NCBI GenBank assembly: GCA_973895155.1
Contig: OZ316895.1
Location: 12,531,929-12,595,928, forward strand
Length of the DNA stretch: 64,000 nucleotides
Direction: 5' to 3'
From: Marsupella aquatica
Taxonomy: Eukaryota; Plantae; Marchantiophyta
The notes under the pieces are model-generated. The model was not told the origin of the DNA. It saw only the letters and a list, made by a program, of their open reading frames with translations, and made no database searches. Each line of letters begins with the position of its first letter. The stretch's first letter is position 1. Shown here piece after piece: positions 48,351 to 61,304 of this stretch. Position numbers and translations under genes: made by a program.

Positions 48351-50679
48351 TCTACTTCTATAATATGTAATGCTGCCAAAAAGTTCTTTCGTCTGCTTAC
48401 AAATTCAGAAATGGAGAGAACAAACCTGAGCCGTCAGAATTTTTCAAAGATTTTTCTGTACTCTTGGATTGATTGACCAGGTATGTCAAATGATATGCTC
48501 ATTTTAATAGTAAAATACAAAGTATAGGAGATGATACTGATCTGACATCGTATATGAAAAGATACTTATGTGACATCATCTTAATTAAATGTGTTTGTTT
48601 TTTCAAATATGAAAGTACACACGAATGGAAGGAGAATCTTTTGGGGCATGAGAAACTTTGAGATTTTTGCAGAGCCTATGAGACTCTAGAAGGAAGGAAA
48701 ATGGGTTAATTTTCTCCTTCTTTTTCTTCTTTGTATTTAGTTGTACATTTTTTCTGCTTATTTAATGGTGCCAATGTAAGAAAAAAGGGAGTAATGGTGT
48801 TGAATTGGAGTGTAAAATTAGGAAAAACGGGGAGAGAAAAAATTAAAATATTCCCCTCCCAATAGTATCAAAGCACCCGGGGCCATCATTTCTCTTGCAC
48901 TCGCTCTCACCTTCCACATCCTTGCTCTCCCCAACAATATGGTTTTCACAACAAAACAACTTTTTCTTCCAAAATAAAATAAAAATGCAAAAGCAAAGTC
49001 AAATGTTTTTACATATTTTGATTATTATTATTTTCTATGTTTTATAGAAAATCAGTCCCAAATTTGTTATTCCATATATACCTCCAACATTCTCTTTGAA
49101 AATCATGGCCAGAGTGACTTCAACGTCATAATGACGAGATGGTCGCAACAACATATGAGATGTCTAAACAACGTTCTTGCCTCGCTTACATTAATTTGCA
49201 TTATCTACAATTCTTTGGCTCACTTGCATCTTATAGCATTTCTTTACCTCGAGTCAAATGGTTCTCAAATCTTCGCCTCAATGCAATGTACATTAAGCAT
49301 GCCTTGACATTTTTGTCTTCTTTTGCCTTCACATCTTTGCCTTGCCTACATCTTTTGCTTCTCTCAAAATGTTTTTATCTCTTTCACTCACGTTGACATA
49401 TTTTCTCTCCTCGATTTTTTTCTCTTCTCAAAATCTTTTTCTCATCTCACCATCTTTTTCTCTCTTTGACATATTTTCTCATCTCAACATTTTTTGCTCA
49501 CCTCAACATTTTTTTCTCACCTTGGCATCTTTTGTTTACCTTGGCATATTGTCTCTCCTTGAAATCTTTTGCTCTCCTCAACATATTTTGCTTACCATGA
49601 CATCTTTTGCTCACCTGGACATCTTTTCTCTCCTTTACATGTTTTATCACCTTGACATCGTTTGCTCACCTTGAATCTTTTATCACCTTGACATTTTTTT
49701 CTCTCTTTGACATCTTTTGTCACCTCGACATCTTTCGTGCAACGCATGGGCATTGGGTTCTTGCAGGAAAACATGCTTACATTTATCACCTTGACATCTT
49801 TTGCTCGCCTTGACATCTTTTTCTCTCTTTGACATGTTTTATCACTTGGACATCTTTTGCTTACCTTGATAGTTTTCTCTCCTCGACATCTTTTGTTCAC
49901 TTTGACATCATTTACCTCCTCGACATCTTTGGTCGGCTCGACATCTTTCATGCAATGCACGGGCATTGAGTTATTGCAGGAAAATATGCAGGGACCCTTA
50001 CATTTATCCCACGGATTCTGTTGACATATGACAAATCACTTCCTTTTTTATTTCATAGGGTCCAATTTCCCATTTGAGTGGCATATGCAATGACCATAAA
50101 CCGGGCCATAAACAAAGTTCAAGGTCTGTTAGACTTTAGAACATGTACTAGGGTTACAACTTTCAAAGCCCCTGCATTTAGGCACGGACAGTTGTATGCA
50201 GCATTTCAAGGGCAATATCTCCTACAACTATCAAGGTTTTACTTTTGGATTGCAAGGAGGGTCAAGCAAGGTTGACAAAAAATTTGTATATGATGAGGTT
50301 CTTTATTGAACGGGTGAATTAAGATTCTATCACTTTAATTTGTATTAATCTGTTTGACTTTTAATTTGCCTGAATACATGTTTGCAATGCACAACCATGT
50401 TTGCCTCGCCTCAAAATCTTACCTTACCCTCACCTCAAAATCTTACCCTCTCCTCGACATCTTGCCCTCACCTCCAAATCTTACCCTCTCCTCGACATCT
50501 TGCCCTCACCTCCAAATCTTACCCTCACCTCGACATCTTGCCCTCTCCTCGACATCTTGCCCTCGCCTCCAAATCTTGCCCTCACCTCGACATCTTGCCC
50601 TCGCCTCCAAATCTTGCCCTCACCTCGACATCTTGCCTTCACTCGAAGTCTTTCGTGCAACGCACGGGCATGGGGCTAG
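48351..50679 (+). mobile_element. Non-autonomous Helitron with a PIF1-helicase C-terminal relic
   Basis: 5' a|TCTACTTCTATAATA at 48350/48351; 3' hairpin cgtgc-aac-gcacg (50654-50666) then CTAG 50676-50679. Relic at ~50057-50309: VQFPI*VAYAMTIN..KVQG...PAFRHGQLYAAF(S)RA. Confidence 0.85.
50400..50645. repeat. Helitron subterminal minisatellite (cctcgacatcttgccct / cctccaaatcttaccct, ~17-19 bp)
   Basis: More than 12 consecutive units; they explain the repetitive ORFs 50354-50777. Confidence 0.9.
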
Positions 50680-52530
50680 TCTTAAACTATAATACAAGGT
50701 TGCGCCACTTTTTAGAGTGGTTGTCATTCAAATTTGCAGGGCATAAAAATTTAAAAAATGTGATCAAAAGTAAGTAATAAAATCAAAATGTGAATTGAGT
50801 TTAGTGTGACACAAAAAGTTACCCCATTGTCCAAGACAAGCCAAATAATCACACGAGACACCCAAAAAAAATGAAAGACTTTAATTAATGCACGAGAATC
50901 AATGCACAAGAATCAAAGAGGATACTCCCTCCAGGTCTCCATGATCCGTATTGTACATACTTAGAATATTCTATATATTCAATATTATGTGTAACATAGT
51001 TTTGTATAATAGTGTTAAGAGGAGTTTAATTGCTAATAACATTTTAATCACTTGATCAATAAAAAATTGTTTCTCCCAATATTTGTGGTGATTTTTAGAG
51101 TCATTTGCACTATCATTTTCAATGCCGAAAAACAAAAGTAATAAGACCCAAAGACATAGTGAAACTCATGACACGGGCGTTGATGACAAGGTATCGGGTG
51201 AGGGGCACACTGGCAATGTAGGGCAGCCCCTCGAAGGGCTCCAGTCGCGCACGGGTGGGGAGGGAGGGGGCGGCGAGCGAGTGGAGTGATGGTGAAATGG
51301 AGAAAAGGGGGAGGTTAAGGTTTAAAAGGAACATAAGAGGAAAAAGGTTAAAAAGGGGGAAAAAACACCTCTCATTTTGTTATACTTTTGTGGTTGTCAT
51401 AGCCAGTGGTTTGTGCAATGACATATTTTATTCAAAGAATTTTTTTGTGCAAGGAGAAAAACGAAAAAGGGAACTTTTGTGGGTGCCGTAGCCAGTATTT
51501 TGCACAATGATATCTTTCACTCAAGTTTTGTGCAATTTTTTATTCAACGATATCTTTTGCACCATGAGCTATTTCTCAACAACATCTTTAACCAAACAAC
51601 ATCTTTTATGCAACGCATGGGGATTGAAAAGATAGCGATAGAATGGTCATCTTTGCTAAACCTAAAACCTTAAACCGATAATATAACATTGCGCCAATGT
51701 ATAGAGTGGTCGCCATTCAAATGCAAGGGCATTTTGGGTACAAAAACAAACAAAGAAAAAAACTTGCTCCTTCTCTCATTGACTTTTTATTTCATAACAT
51801 CTTTCACATAATAACAACTTGGATGAAACGACACCTTTTTTTTCTTTATAACATCTTTTACTTCACAATATCTTTGGCAAAATGACACATTTTTCTTATC
51901 AACATCTTTCACATAATGGCATCTTTGGCAAAATGACTTGAAGCTAGGACATCTTTTGTGCAATGCACGGGTATTTTCCCTGAATGATGTCTTGGCCGAC
52001 ACGACATCTTTTCCCTCAATGTCTTTGCCGACATCTTGGCCGACATGACATCTTTTTTCTCAACGACTTCTTGGCCAAGATGACATATTTTTTCTTAGCG
52101 ACCTCTTGGCCGACATGACATATTTTTTTCTCAATGACTTCTTTTCTCTCAACGACCTCTTGGCCATCTTTTTTTCTCAACGACTTCTTTTCTCTCAACG
52201 ACTTCTTGGCCAACACAACATCTTTTCTCTCCACGACCTCTTGGCCGACACTACATCTTTTCTCTCCGCGACCTCTTGGCCGACACTACATCTTTTCTCT
52301 CCACGACCTCTTGGCCAACACAACATCTTTTCTCTCCATGACCTCTTGGCCGACACTACATCTTTCTCTCCATGACCTCTTGGCTAACACAACATCTTTT
52401 CTCTCCACGACCTCTTGGCCGACATGACAAATTTTCTCTCAATGACCTCTTGGCTGACACGACATCTTTTTTCTCAACAACATCTTGGCCGACATGACTT
52501 CTTTTGTGCAACGCACGGGTATTGAGCTAG
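50680..52530 (+). mobile_element. Head-to-tail Helitron unit(s) abutting the previous one
   Basis: TCTTAAACTATAATAC begins right after CTAG at 50680, and a similar 5' segment recurs at ~51668. Ends tgtgcaacgcacgggtattgagCTAG|t at 52530/52531. Confidence 0.8.
51985..52500. repeat. Helitron subterminal minisatellite (~35 bp: cgacctcttggccgacactacatcttttctctcca)
   Basis: More than 10 units ending at the terminal hairpin. Confidence 0.9.
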
Positions 52531-52934
52531 TGAAAACAATACTATAAGGACAAATTCAGATGCAGCGCACTCCATGGAGGCTTGTCAGTTGAGGATCATG
52601 GACAAAGTTGCATGCTGGCTTTACTGTACACACTTCGGCTAAATTCTTTGCTTATTTTTATTAGTGGCCAGTAGTTGTAGGAGGTGAAATTTTGATTTGG
52701 CTAATATTTGCCACCTAAAACATCACAGCTGTATACCAGTGACATTTGAACGTACAGTACACTGACTTCCACATGGATAGAATGATGCCAAATTAACCAA
52801 ACCCTTACTGAGATCCTAAGGTCTGTCTGGAGTCTCCACTTAATATACATTGCAAATTCTGTGTAACTATTCTTTCAGTCTGTATACTCTTTCAGTAAAT
52901 TTGCTTCTTCTTTTTATAATCTCTAAAGTTGTAT

Positions 52935-52960
52935 GACTAGACTAGACTAGACTAGACTAG
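52935..52960. repeat. (GACTA)5 microsatellite
   Basis: gactagactagactagactagactag. Confidence 0.9.
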
Positions 52961-55644
52961 GCTCGCCAGGCTGTTATCCGCATCTGCGCCGAAAGACGAG
53001 AACTGCCACACTCAGGTCACACCAGCTCCCGCATTGATTGTCACGAGAAACGACAAGAAAATACTGCAGAACATTTTGACCGTATGGCTTGTTGAGAGGT
53101 CGGTCACTCGGTCACTCGGTCCTGCAACTATTATTGGGTGCATGCGTGAACCTATGACTAGATTCAGAGAACATACCAGAGTTCATGGAGCTCAGTGGCC
53201 TTGGAACGCGTGCCAAACGCTGTCGATTGTCGATACGGTGGGTTGCCTTGAGAATTGATAATTTGATACCATCATAGAGTTGTTTTGACAGCGAGCTCAG
53301 CAAAATGGGACCATTCAAACAGCTCGCAATCCTCGCATGCTATAGGGTATCACTCTGAAGCGAGCTCTGAAGCTCTTTGAATTCTTGAAGGAAACCACTG
53401 TCGCACCCCCGAATCCAAGGTTGTAACCACCGTTCTTGTAATCGAAGGCCGGTGACCGAGGACAGCAAGCCAGCTTGGAAGGACATGCAGTTGATCCTTA
53501 CCTTGGAGCGAAGTGATCCATGATGGTCAGGTGTTCGAAGGCATCAAGTCGACTGCCAATCACACAGTCGAGAACTTGATTCTTTCTTTCATATATTATC
53601 GTCCCATAGCTGCCCACTGAACAGGAAAGCAACCATCAATTTCTTGTTTTGGCTGCAAAGGTAATTTAGATAAAGACTTTGTTGCCTTCTACATTACATT
53701 GCAATCGTCATCGACATTGCAGGACGGCAGGCAAAAAAGCAAGGGAAACAACTCGTCAATTTCGTGCTAGCTCCACTCTACTGTGCTAGTAAACTTTAGT
53801 GCCCTCTTGAGCCTCGAAATAATTTAGTTATGGATGCAATGCATAAGCGACAAAGATGGTTCGAAACCCGGGAAGTCTTGGCATAATCTGACATGGTGTT
53901 TTTAATTCAGCAATTCACGTCGTGCTATCCACAGTGCTCACTCGGACCAACAAACTCAGTTGTTTATAAGATGGTGCAACTGAATTCTCAGAAGTGCAGA
54001 AGTTCATCCAATCCGTCGCCCACAGGGGTGATTAAGTCCAGCTCACGAGTACCTATTGTACTTATTGCAAATATTCATGGATCCGTTTGAATAAGAGACT
54101 CTATTTTAACTCTGACTTAAGACGTAAGCGGGGACGTAAGCAAAAATTCTCCTGAACCTCTTCACTGGGAGGGCTGTTAGTTCGGGAGACCAGCTGCATG
54201 TCGAGGTGGTCTTCGGATCTTTTCGTGTACAATGGTTAGGATAAAGTGCTTCCTAACCTTTCGTAGTCTGCAAATCGTCCAACCAATAAGCCAATCCACC
54301 ATTCGGATAATTTCGAAATAATTGCGCTAAGGCTCTGTCAATAAACCAGTCACCATTGGGATGATCTGGATCTAGTTTTACTGAGCCTATCGTGGACAGG
54401 ATTGACCTTCACGATGCACCCATCTTGCAACAACTGTTAATGTCCAAGCTGCGGTAATAAGTGAACCGGTCAAATGTTTCTCTAAAATGTGATCCAACGT
54501 ACGGTGTGGATTCATTGAAATACGTTTCTCCAAATTGAAGAGTCTTACTGTGTTCAACTACGCATCTCCATTCAACTTTACTTCAACATAGATGATGCCG
54601 GCTCGCCAATGAAGTCTCCATGATCCATCTCCCATATGCTGTTACGATTGCTGCCATTGCTTTTTAGAACCTTGAAGTTTTGTTTCGCCTCTCCAGTTAG
54701 AAAAGAACGTGAAACGGAACCAGAGTCCGGAAACAACACACTTTTAGCAGATTAGGAATTCATTTGAATTTAAAAGCAAATGCAATCCTGACCGATTCGC
54801 GACTTGCTGACTCAACCATATCAACCGTCTTCGACACCTGCAGGCCAATTAACTTGGATGCCAGAAAAGGCTGCAGTTAGGGTGCCATGGTCTTCAATTG
54901 CTGAACAGACTGGAGACAATTTTTCCAGCAACGAGTTCCAAACATCTGACCTAGAGATCTTCAGTAACTCCACATCAATTGATATGAATCTATTTAATAA
55001 CTAAGGTCTTCTGTGATCACTGCACTCCATCTATAATGGTGATATCATCCAATATCACCACCATAAAATTCAAATTAATTAGCACTGAAATTATGAACTT
55101 GATAACTGAAAGGGACCGTTAACTACATAGAAGTTACTCGGACTCTCAGAGTGCAAGAGAAAACCTATATAACGATTGGAAAGATAGATTTAGAGTTTAG
55201 CTGTACCTCTGCCTAGCTCACGCTCAGCCCAGGTGGACGCTCAATCATGTTGAATTGATTGGGTATATTTTGTCGGAATGATCAATTTGGACAAAATGCC
55301 TCTCAGTGAACAATATATTCAATAGTTTACTCTCACTAACACACGGAAGTAAGATCGAGAACAACATTGTTTAATTTTGCCTTGAAGGATTTCATTGAAT
55401 CCCATTCATGCAACGTCATTGAAAACAACACTTCACTCCATGTGCCAGCAGAGGGCTGTGAAAGTCAAGCATGTCCATCCAACTAAGAAATAGCCATCTA
55501 GCTATCTAAATTAAATCCTAAGCTCTAGAATGCAGTTACGAGGTGGGCCTCTACACCATGAGGGTCATTGAAGTTGGGGGTGAGAATGGAAAAAGAGGAT
55601 CGGGGCAGGGTGAGTCTCTGAAAATTGGCACTGCCCGCTTTAAT

Positions 55645-55860
55645 GTACCCAGGCTAGTATACATGCAAACAGCATATAGAGTGGGCGGTTCATTTGAACA
55701 GTCTCTCAGGCTAGTGTATATGCGAACAGCATACAGAGTGGGAATTTGAACAGGCACTCTGGTTACCGGTAGTGTACACACAAACAGCAGCATATAGCAT
55801 TTCAATAGGCACTCAGGCTAGGGTACATACAACCTGCGCATGGAGTGGGCAGCCCTCAAC
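55645..55860. repeat. Degenerate ~57-bp repeat x4
   Basis: caggctagt(a/g)ta(c/t)atgc(a/g)aacagcata(t/c)agagtggg at ~55650, 55707, 55765, 55814. Confidence 0.65.
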
Positions 55861-56320
55861 AGTAGACGCAGCCCAGGTGTACCGGAGGTCGATGTCCCAA
55901 GAATCTTTCGCCGATCCATCAGGTGGTCGATCTAGTAGGATACACACTGGTGAGAGTTCATGACACTTGGCCGCAACTGTTCGATTGTTGTAATTGGGAT
56001 TGGCAAGCGACGGCTTTTCTCCGCGTCCAATCTACATATCCTGCTGTAGGCCTGTAGTTCTCATTCACCAGAGCTTACGGGAAGCAATTGATGAACGGAT
56101 CAAAGGTGATCTTCTTTTGGCTACGGTAGATCTCAAACTCTAGACTCATCAAAGGAGATCTTGTTCAGGCTACGGTAAATCTAAAACACTAGACTGATCC
56201 TTGTGACCGCCCGTGCAGGCTAGGACAGGTTCTACCACGAGCTTTCCTTACTAGTATTATACCTTCTCCGACCATTTTAGCTCATTTCATTATCTCGTTC
56301 CAAGATACTCAACAACTCTG

Positions 56321-56545
56321 GACTCCATTATTAACATTCATAGGATTTTAACCGTATATTCCAGGATGTACTAACAGCGAATTCACATAACAAAGGACTC
56401 CATTATTAACATTCATAGGATTTTAACCGTATATTCCAGGATGTACTAACAGCGAATTCACATAACAAAGGACTCCATTATTAACATTCATAGGATTTTA
56501 ACCGTATATTCCAGGATGTACTAACAGCGAATTCACATAACAAAG
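56321..56545. repeat. Perfect 75-bp tandem repeat x3
   Basis: gactccattattaacattcataggattttaaccgtatattccaggatgtactaacagcgaattcacataacaaag at 56321, 56396, 56471. Confidence 0.95.
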
Positions 56546-58169
56546 GGCAGATATAATTAAATCGATCACAATCAACTGTGACGTCCTTTGTTTCCGACCA
56601 ATTCGCCTCAGCAGCCAATGATGGTATAGTCTGTCTGATGCTGAGCTGTGACATGGATAATTGGATATGCCTCATTCAATTCCGACATTCTCACAATGAA
56701 TAGTTAAATAAAGGTGGTAGGTCCTTTCAGCACACACAATCTAATTACAGTATCTAATCCCCATAGAAACTGCTTTACATGGCCCAGAGTAATGCCTCTA
56801 GGGCATGACTCGGTGCAAGTGAAAAACAACCACTGGGCACGGTGAGTTTCTAAAATAACTTAAATGCCTATATCTACTTTCATAGAACAAACACTAAGAC
56901 TCATAGTTATTATGGAAAAAGAGCCCTATGCCCATGTTTTGCACATTGCAATGAGGGCCGGCCCACAGGGCCGGGGGCTGAGAGGCAAGAGAGGGCAAGT
57001 GGTAATCGAATCGAATGGATACAAAAATACTCTAAAATATATAACGGCCAGTTTTGATTCCCGCCAATTCTGTATTTCATAATGGGATGAAGGACAAAAA
57101 AAGGCGGGATCACTTATTATAGTTGTAGATAAAGCCTAATTGGCCACCATGTTAGTCAGAGTGACCTCATGAATAACAATTTGATAGTCCACTGGATTTT
57201 TGGGCTTATAACTTGATGATTATGATGTCACACCATTTAGAGTGGTAGTAAAGTATATCGTACTATCTAGGGTATAGAGGTTTTGTATGTGTGCTATATG
57301 AGCACTTTGTGTTTAGTTTGAGTTGGTGTGAGGGATAGTTATCCCCTTGTGTTGGCTCAAAGGCCTCATCTTTCAATGTTGAGCCTCTGAGCATGAGCTT
57401 GCTGGCTATGGTGTGGCTGACCAGGTTGTGTGCATGTAACATGGATTCCTTGAAGCACAAGGTGCGTTGGGCTTGACATATATGTGTGATCGCGTGGGAT
57501 GGGATCGATGTTGGATTAGCACTGATCGTTGTTCGATTTCATCCATTGAAGATTATTGTGGGTTTTGGGCATGTGTGGCCATTGGTTCCATTTGTACTCC
57601 ATTCTCTTATGTTTGTGTTAGTGGATTGTGACTATGCTTGGATATGTATGACAAGCGATGTATGTTGTGTAGCGATGTGTATGCGCACGACAATGAGTTT
57701 TAAAATAATTTTTTGATTTTTCATGTGCAAGAGGAGGTATAAAAAAAGACTAGTCATCCTATTGCACATTAACACAATGAAAATTAATCTAATAAAGTTT
57801 TACCCCTCCTCATTCCATTATGAATCACTCTGTCAACCAAAATGGATAAAATATCACTGTCATTTTGATGGAAGTGTAACTTACCTACTGATCTGGCACA
57901 TCCGCAAAACTTAAAAGGATTTGAATTTTATGAACATCAAGTTATTACAATTAAATTCAAATATATGGAAATGTGATCCATAGGGGTTTCAAAAAACCAA
58001 CATTGTGGTCCATGGGAGCATCGATATTTTGTGGGATTATAAACATTGTAGATTGAGAATTACTAATTAAATTTTTCATAATTTGCTGATAAATTAAACA
58101 ATAGAACTGCATGAACAATAAAATTTTGAACATAAAATTTTGCTATTAAATTGCAAACAAAAGCTAGAA

Positions 58170-58350
58170 TTTGGATCTAGGTTTTTTAGAGTGAAGTCTC
58201 AAGACCAGTGATTCTAGGGCCCCACCAAAAATTTGGGGTCTAGGTTTCTAGAATGAAAACTCTAGACTAGTGACTCTAGGGCCCCAAAATTGTGGGGTCA
58301 GATAGGTTTTGAGAGTGAAAGCTCTAGACCATGATTCTAGGGCCCAAAAA
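58170..58350. repeat. ~62-bp degenerate repeat x3
   Basis: agagtgaa..ctc.agacca.tga(t/c)tctagggccc x3. Confidence 0.7.
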
Positions 58351-58740
58351 CAAATATGTGAATGAAAGGGACCATGGGATGATATGTATGTCAAAATGAT
58401 GATAATACTATAATTTATGTGAACATTTCTATTTACATTCAAAGAATCGACATTGAGGCTGGTCAAGTGAAAACAAGGAGAGTTGTTGTAAGGCATCAAC
58501 AATCATGCATACAATTAAAGAAATAGGGGAGGGTGGTTGTAAGGCAATGACATGCAGGCACCATATCATCGGGTATGGATAATTTTTGTAGCCTAGTGAA
58601 GTACAGAGTAACCTAATACAATAAGGAGTGGTTTTGTGTTTAGGAAGGTAGGGCTCACATAACGCAAATTAAATTAAATACTCTTAGTGAATACTCTGTG
58701 TCAACTTTAGTGCTTAGCATGGCGGTTGAAAGGTACACAA

Positions 58741-60061
58741 CATGGTGACGGACCAAACGAGAAGTGTGACGCCTAATGGAGAAGGGTGTTTTCAATTTCG
58801 ATCGATTTTCGTCAATTTTCACAATGTGCGCGACACATTTCTCACAAAATCAATTATTTTTGCAAAACCGACTAATTCGTATCATTCCCAACTTCGCGAG
58901 GAATGATGGCTTCATCCCAAATTGTGAATTTCAATATCCTCGCTAACTTCAAATATTTTCATTGCGACAATAGAACCCAGAAATATTTCCATTTTGGTTA
59001 GATTTTGAAAATAGAACTTTTGGTTACAAGGAAAACAGATCAAGAAAACAAAACTATTCCGATACCGATATCGCTCCTCGAATTCCATTCAAATTTGTTT
59101 GCCGTTTCTTTCATAAAATGAAGGTTTTGAAATATTTACCACATTCTAATATTTTTTTACATCAAATTTTACCACACAGTCAGTTGAAGTTACCTCGCAG
59201 TTCACCACGTAGTTTGCAAAATTCCATTGTCAACGTTGAAACAAGAATACAAATGGCAATGTCCATTTGTAATTGTTCCGGACTCATTTCTTAGTCTTTC
59301 CTCTAGCAAACCGGTGTCGCTCTTCCTCCCGGTTCACCTGTAATCCTCACTCAAATACAGTCCACGATACTGGTATCGCTCTTCCTCCTTGACCACCTAT
59401 AAACACCACTCCAATACAGACCGCGATACTGGTATCGCTCTTCCTCCTTGACCACCTGTAAACACCACTCCAATACAGACCGCGATACCGGTATCTCTCT
59501 TCCTCCTTGACCATCTGTAAACACCACTCCAATACAGACCACGATACCGGTATCTCTCTTCCTCCTTGATCACCTATAAACACCACTCCAATACAGACCA
59601 CGATACCGGTATCTCTCTTCCTCCTTGACCACCTGTAAACACCACTCCAATACAGACCATGATACCGGTATCTCTCTTCCTCATTGACCACCTGTAAACA
59701 CCACTCCAATACAGACCGCGATACCGGTATAGCTTTTTCTCCCGACAACCTTGAATGCCAATCCAATAAACATAACAATACCGGTATTTGTCGTCCTCCA
59801 GGATCACATTAACCATGGGTTAAGTTTCGTAGTCAACCGCGCAGTTTATGCAATTTACCGTCTCAAGTGGATTTTTTTTAACTGTTTGGTTGCGCAATGT
59901 GAAGAGCGATCCGCGTATCGCTCCTCACTTTCAAGACTCCAAAACAAACGATATTCTCACTCATGGGCGTTTTGTATCGGAGATTTCTTTACTTAGCCGC
60001 GATTTTGCGATTGGGCAAAACGAGAAGGGTGGTCACACTTCTCGTTTGGTCCGTCACTGTG
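58741..60061. mobile_element. Non-autonomous TIR element (1.3 kb) with 30-bp CAC-type TIRs and an internal 59-bp tandem array
   Basis: Left catggtgacggaccaaacgagaagtgtgac (58741-58770), right gtcacacttctcgtttggtccgtcactgtg (60032-60061). No clean TSD seen. Confidence 0.85.
59310..59745. repeat. 59-bp tandem repeat, about 7 copies
   Basis: cgataccggtatctctcttcctccttgaccacctgtaaacaccactccaatacagacc(a/g) repeated; it generates the repetitive ORFs 59347-59816. Confidence 0.95.
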
Positions 60062-60869
60062 TTACACCTAGAAGGTCTAGAGTTCAAAACACATTGAAAG
60101 GAGTGACCTCTTTTAAAGCGCTAAAGGCATTGGGACTTGAAATCATTCACCGAGATAAGTCCTTGGTACGTCATTTAAGATTAATTTGTGGAATGTCAAA
60201 AATGATCAACAACAAAAAACACTTTTGCACCAACTTTTAAGAGCACTACTAGGAGAAGACTGCCACAGGTGAGCACCTCCAAATGACTGCCTTAGTCATA
60301 TAGCTACAAATTTAGGCCATCTTTGGACAATGAGCGTGTCGTTTGAAAAGGGGCAAAGGAATGCATGAATATATCCAAATGACAAAGGGGCAAAGGAATG
60401 CATGAATATATCCAAATTACAAAGGGGCCTGCTTGGAGCACAAGAGACTACTCCGCTATATCTTCAAGATGCCCATAGATATATGTGCTCGTGGGGCTAA
60501 TGAGGCTCCAAGCAATGTCGCTGTTTGACAAATTAAAAAAGAGCCACAACAAGGGTCTCCCCAAAGACGTTCCTGCCAGGAGCATCCCCAACTTACAAGA
60601 GTGTCTTTGCTGGTCATCCAGCAGGTTCACAAGCTTGGCAGATCTTGTACCATTGATAGGCAAAATTCAAGCTTCACCCCACCTGAGCAACTTGACACAT
60701 ATAGTGTCAGCCCAGTTTACATGCATTGATATAATCAATTCAGCCTTATCATACTATCTCAATTAGATAGGTACAGTTTTGGCCACATCATGCATATGTT
60801 CTCATGTTTCTACTCATATAAATAAAAACATAGAACCTCTTAATCCGAGCTTCCAATGTTTCTTCTCAC

Positions 60870-61290
60870 TGTTGGGTATTTACTCTTACGTCTAGGTTAG
60901 GTATGACGTGGTTGGTACAACAACGTGGGTTGGTACAATTACGTGGTTAGGTACAACTACATGATTAGGTACAACTATGTGGTTAGGTACAACTACGTGA
61001 TTAGGTACAACTATGTGGTTAGGTACAACTAAGTTGCACACTGTATCATAAGAGGCATGTGTGCTTGGAGAGGTAGAACCAAGGCTCATTGTTATGGAGC
61101 CACTTGAGAGATAGGGAGAGCTTACACTGTGGAGACTCGGTATAGCCGACGGGCTTAGAGTTCAGTAAAGCTCTCTTGTGTGTTCACGTGGACGTAGCCT
61201 CAAGGAGGTGAACCACGTATCTCTTGTGTCGACTATTGTGCGTTGGATGGTTCATGGGCTTGCCGTTGCGATCGTCGTCTATGCTCAACA
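60870..61290 (+). repeat. 5' LTR (~421 bp) with an internal 18-bp tandem array
   Basis: TGTTG...CAACA inverted termini. ggtacaactacgtggtta about 7 times at 60893-61030. Candidate TSD ctcac (60865-60869) cannot be verified without the 3' LTR. Confidence 0.75.
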
Positions 61291-61292
61291 AT

Positions 61293-61304
61293 TGGTATCA
61301 GAGC
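61293..61304 (+). other. Primer-binding site complementary to the initiator Met-tRNA 3' end
   Basis: TGGTATCAGAGC two nt after the LTR end CAACA. Confidence 0.92.

Noticed and set aside
49342-52427. Multiple 65-131-aa ORFs with repeated peptides
   Set aside because: Translations of Helitron minisatellites.
59310-59816. Regular array resembling CRISPR, and repetitive ORFs of 63-143 aa
   Set aside because: Contiguous 59-bp units without unique spacers, inside a TIR element in eukaryotic DNA; the ORFs are by-products of the repeat.
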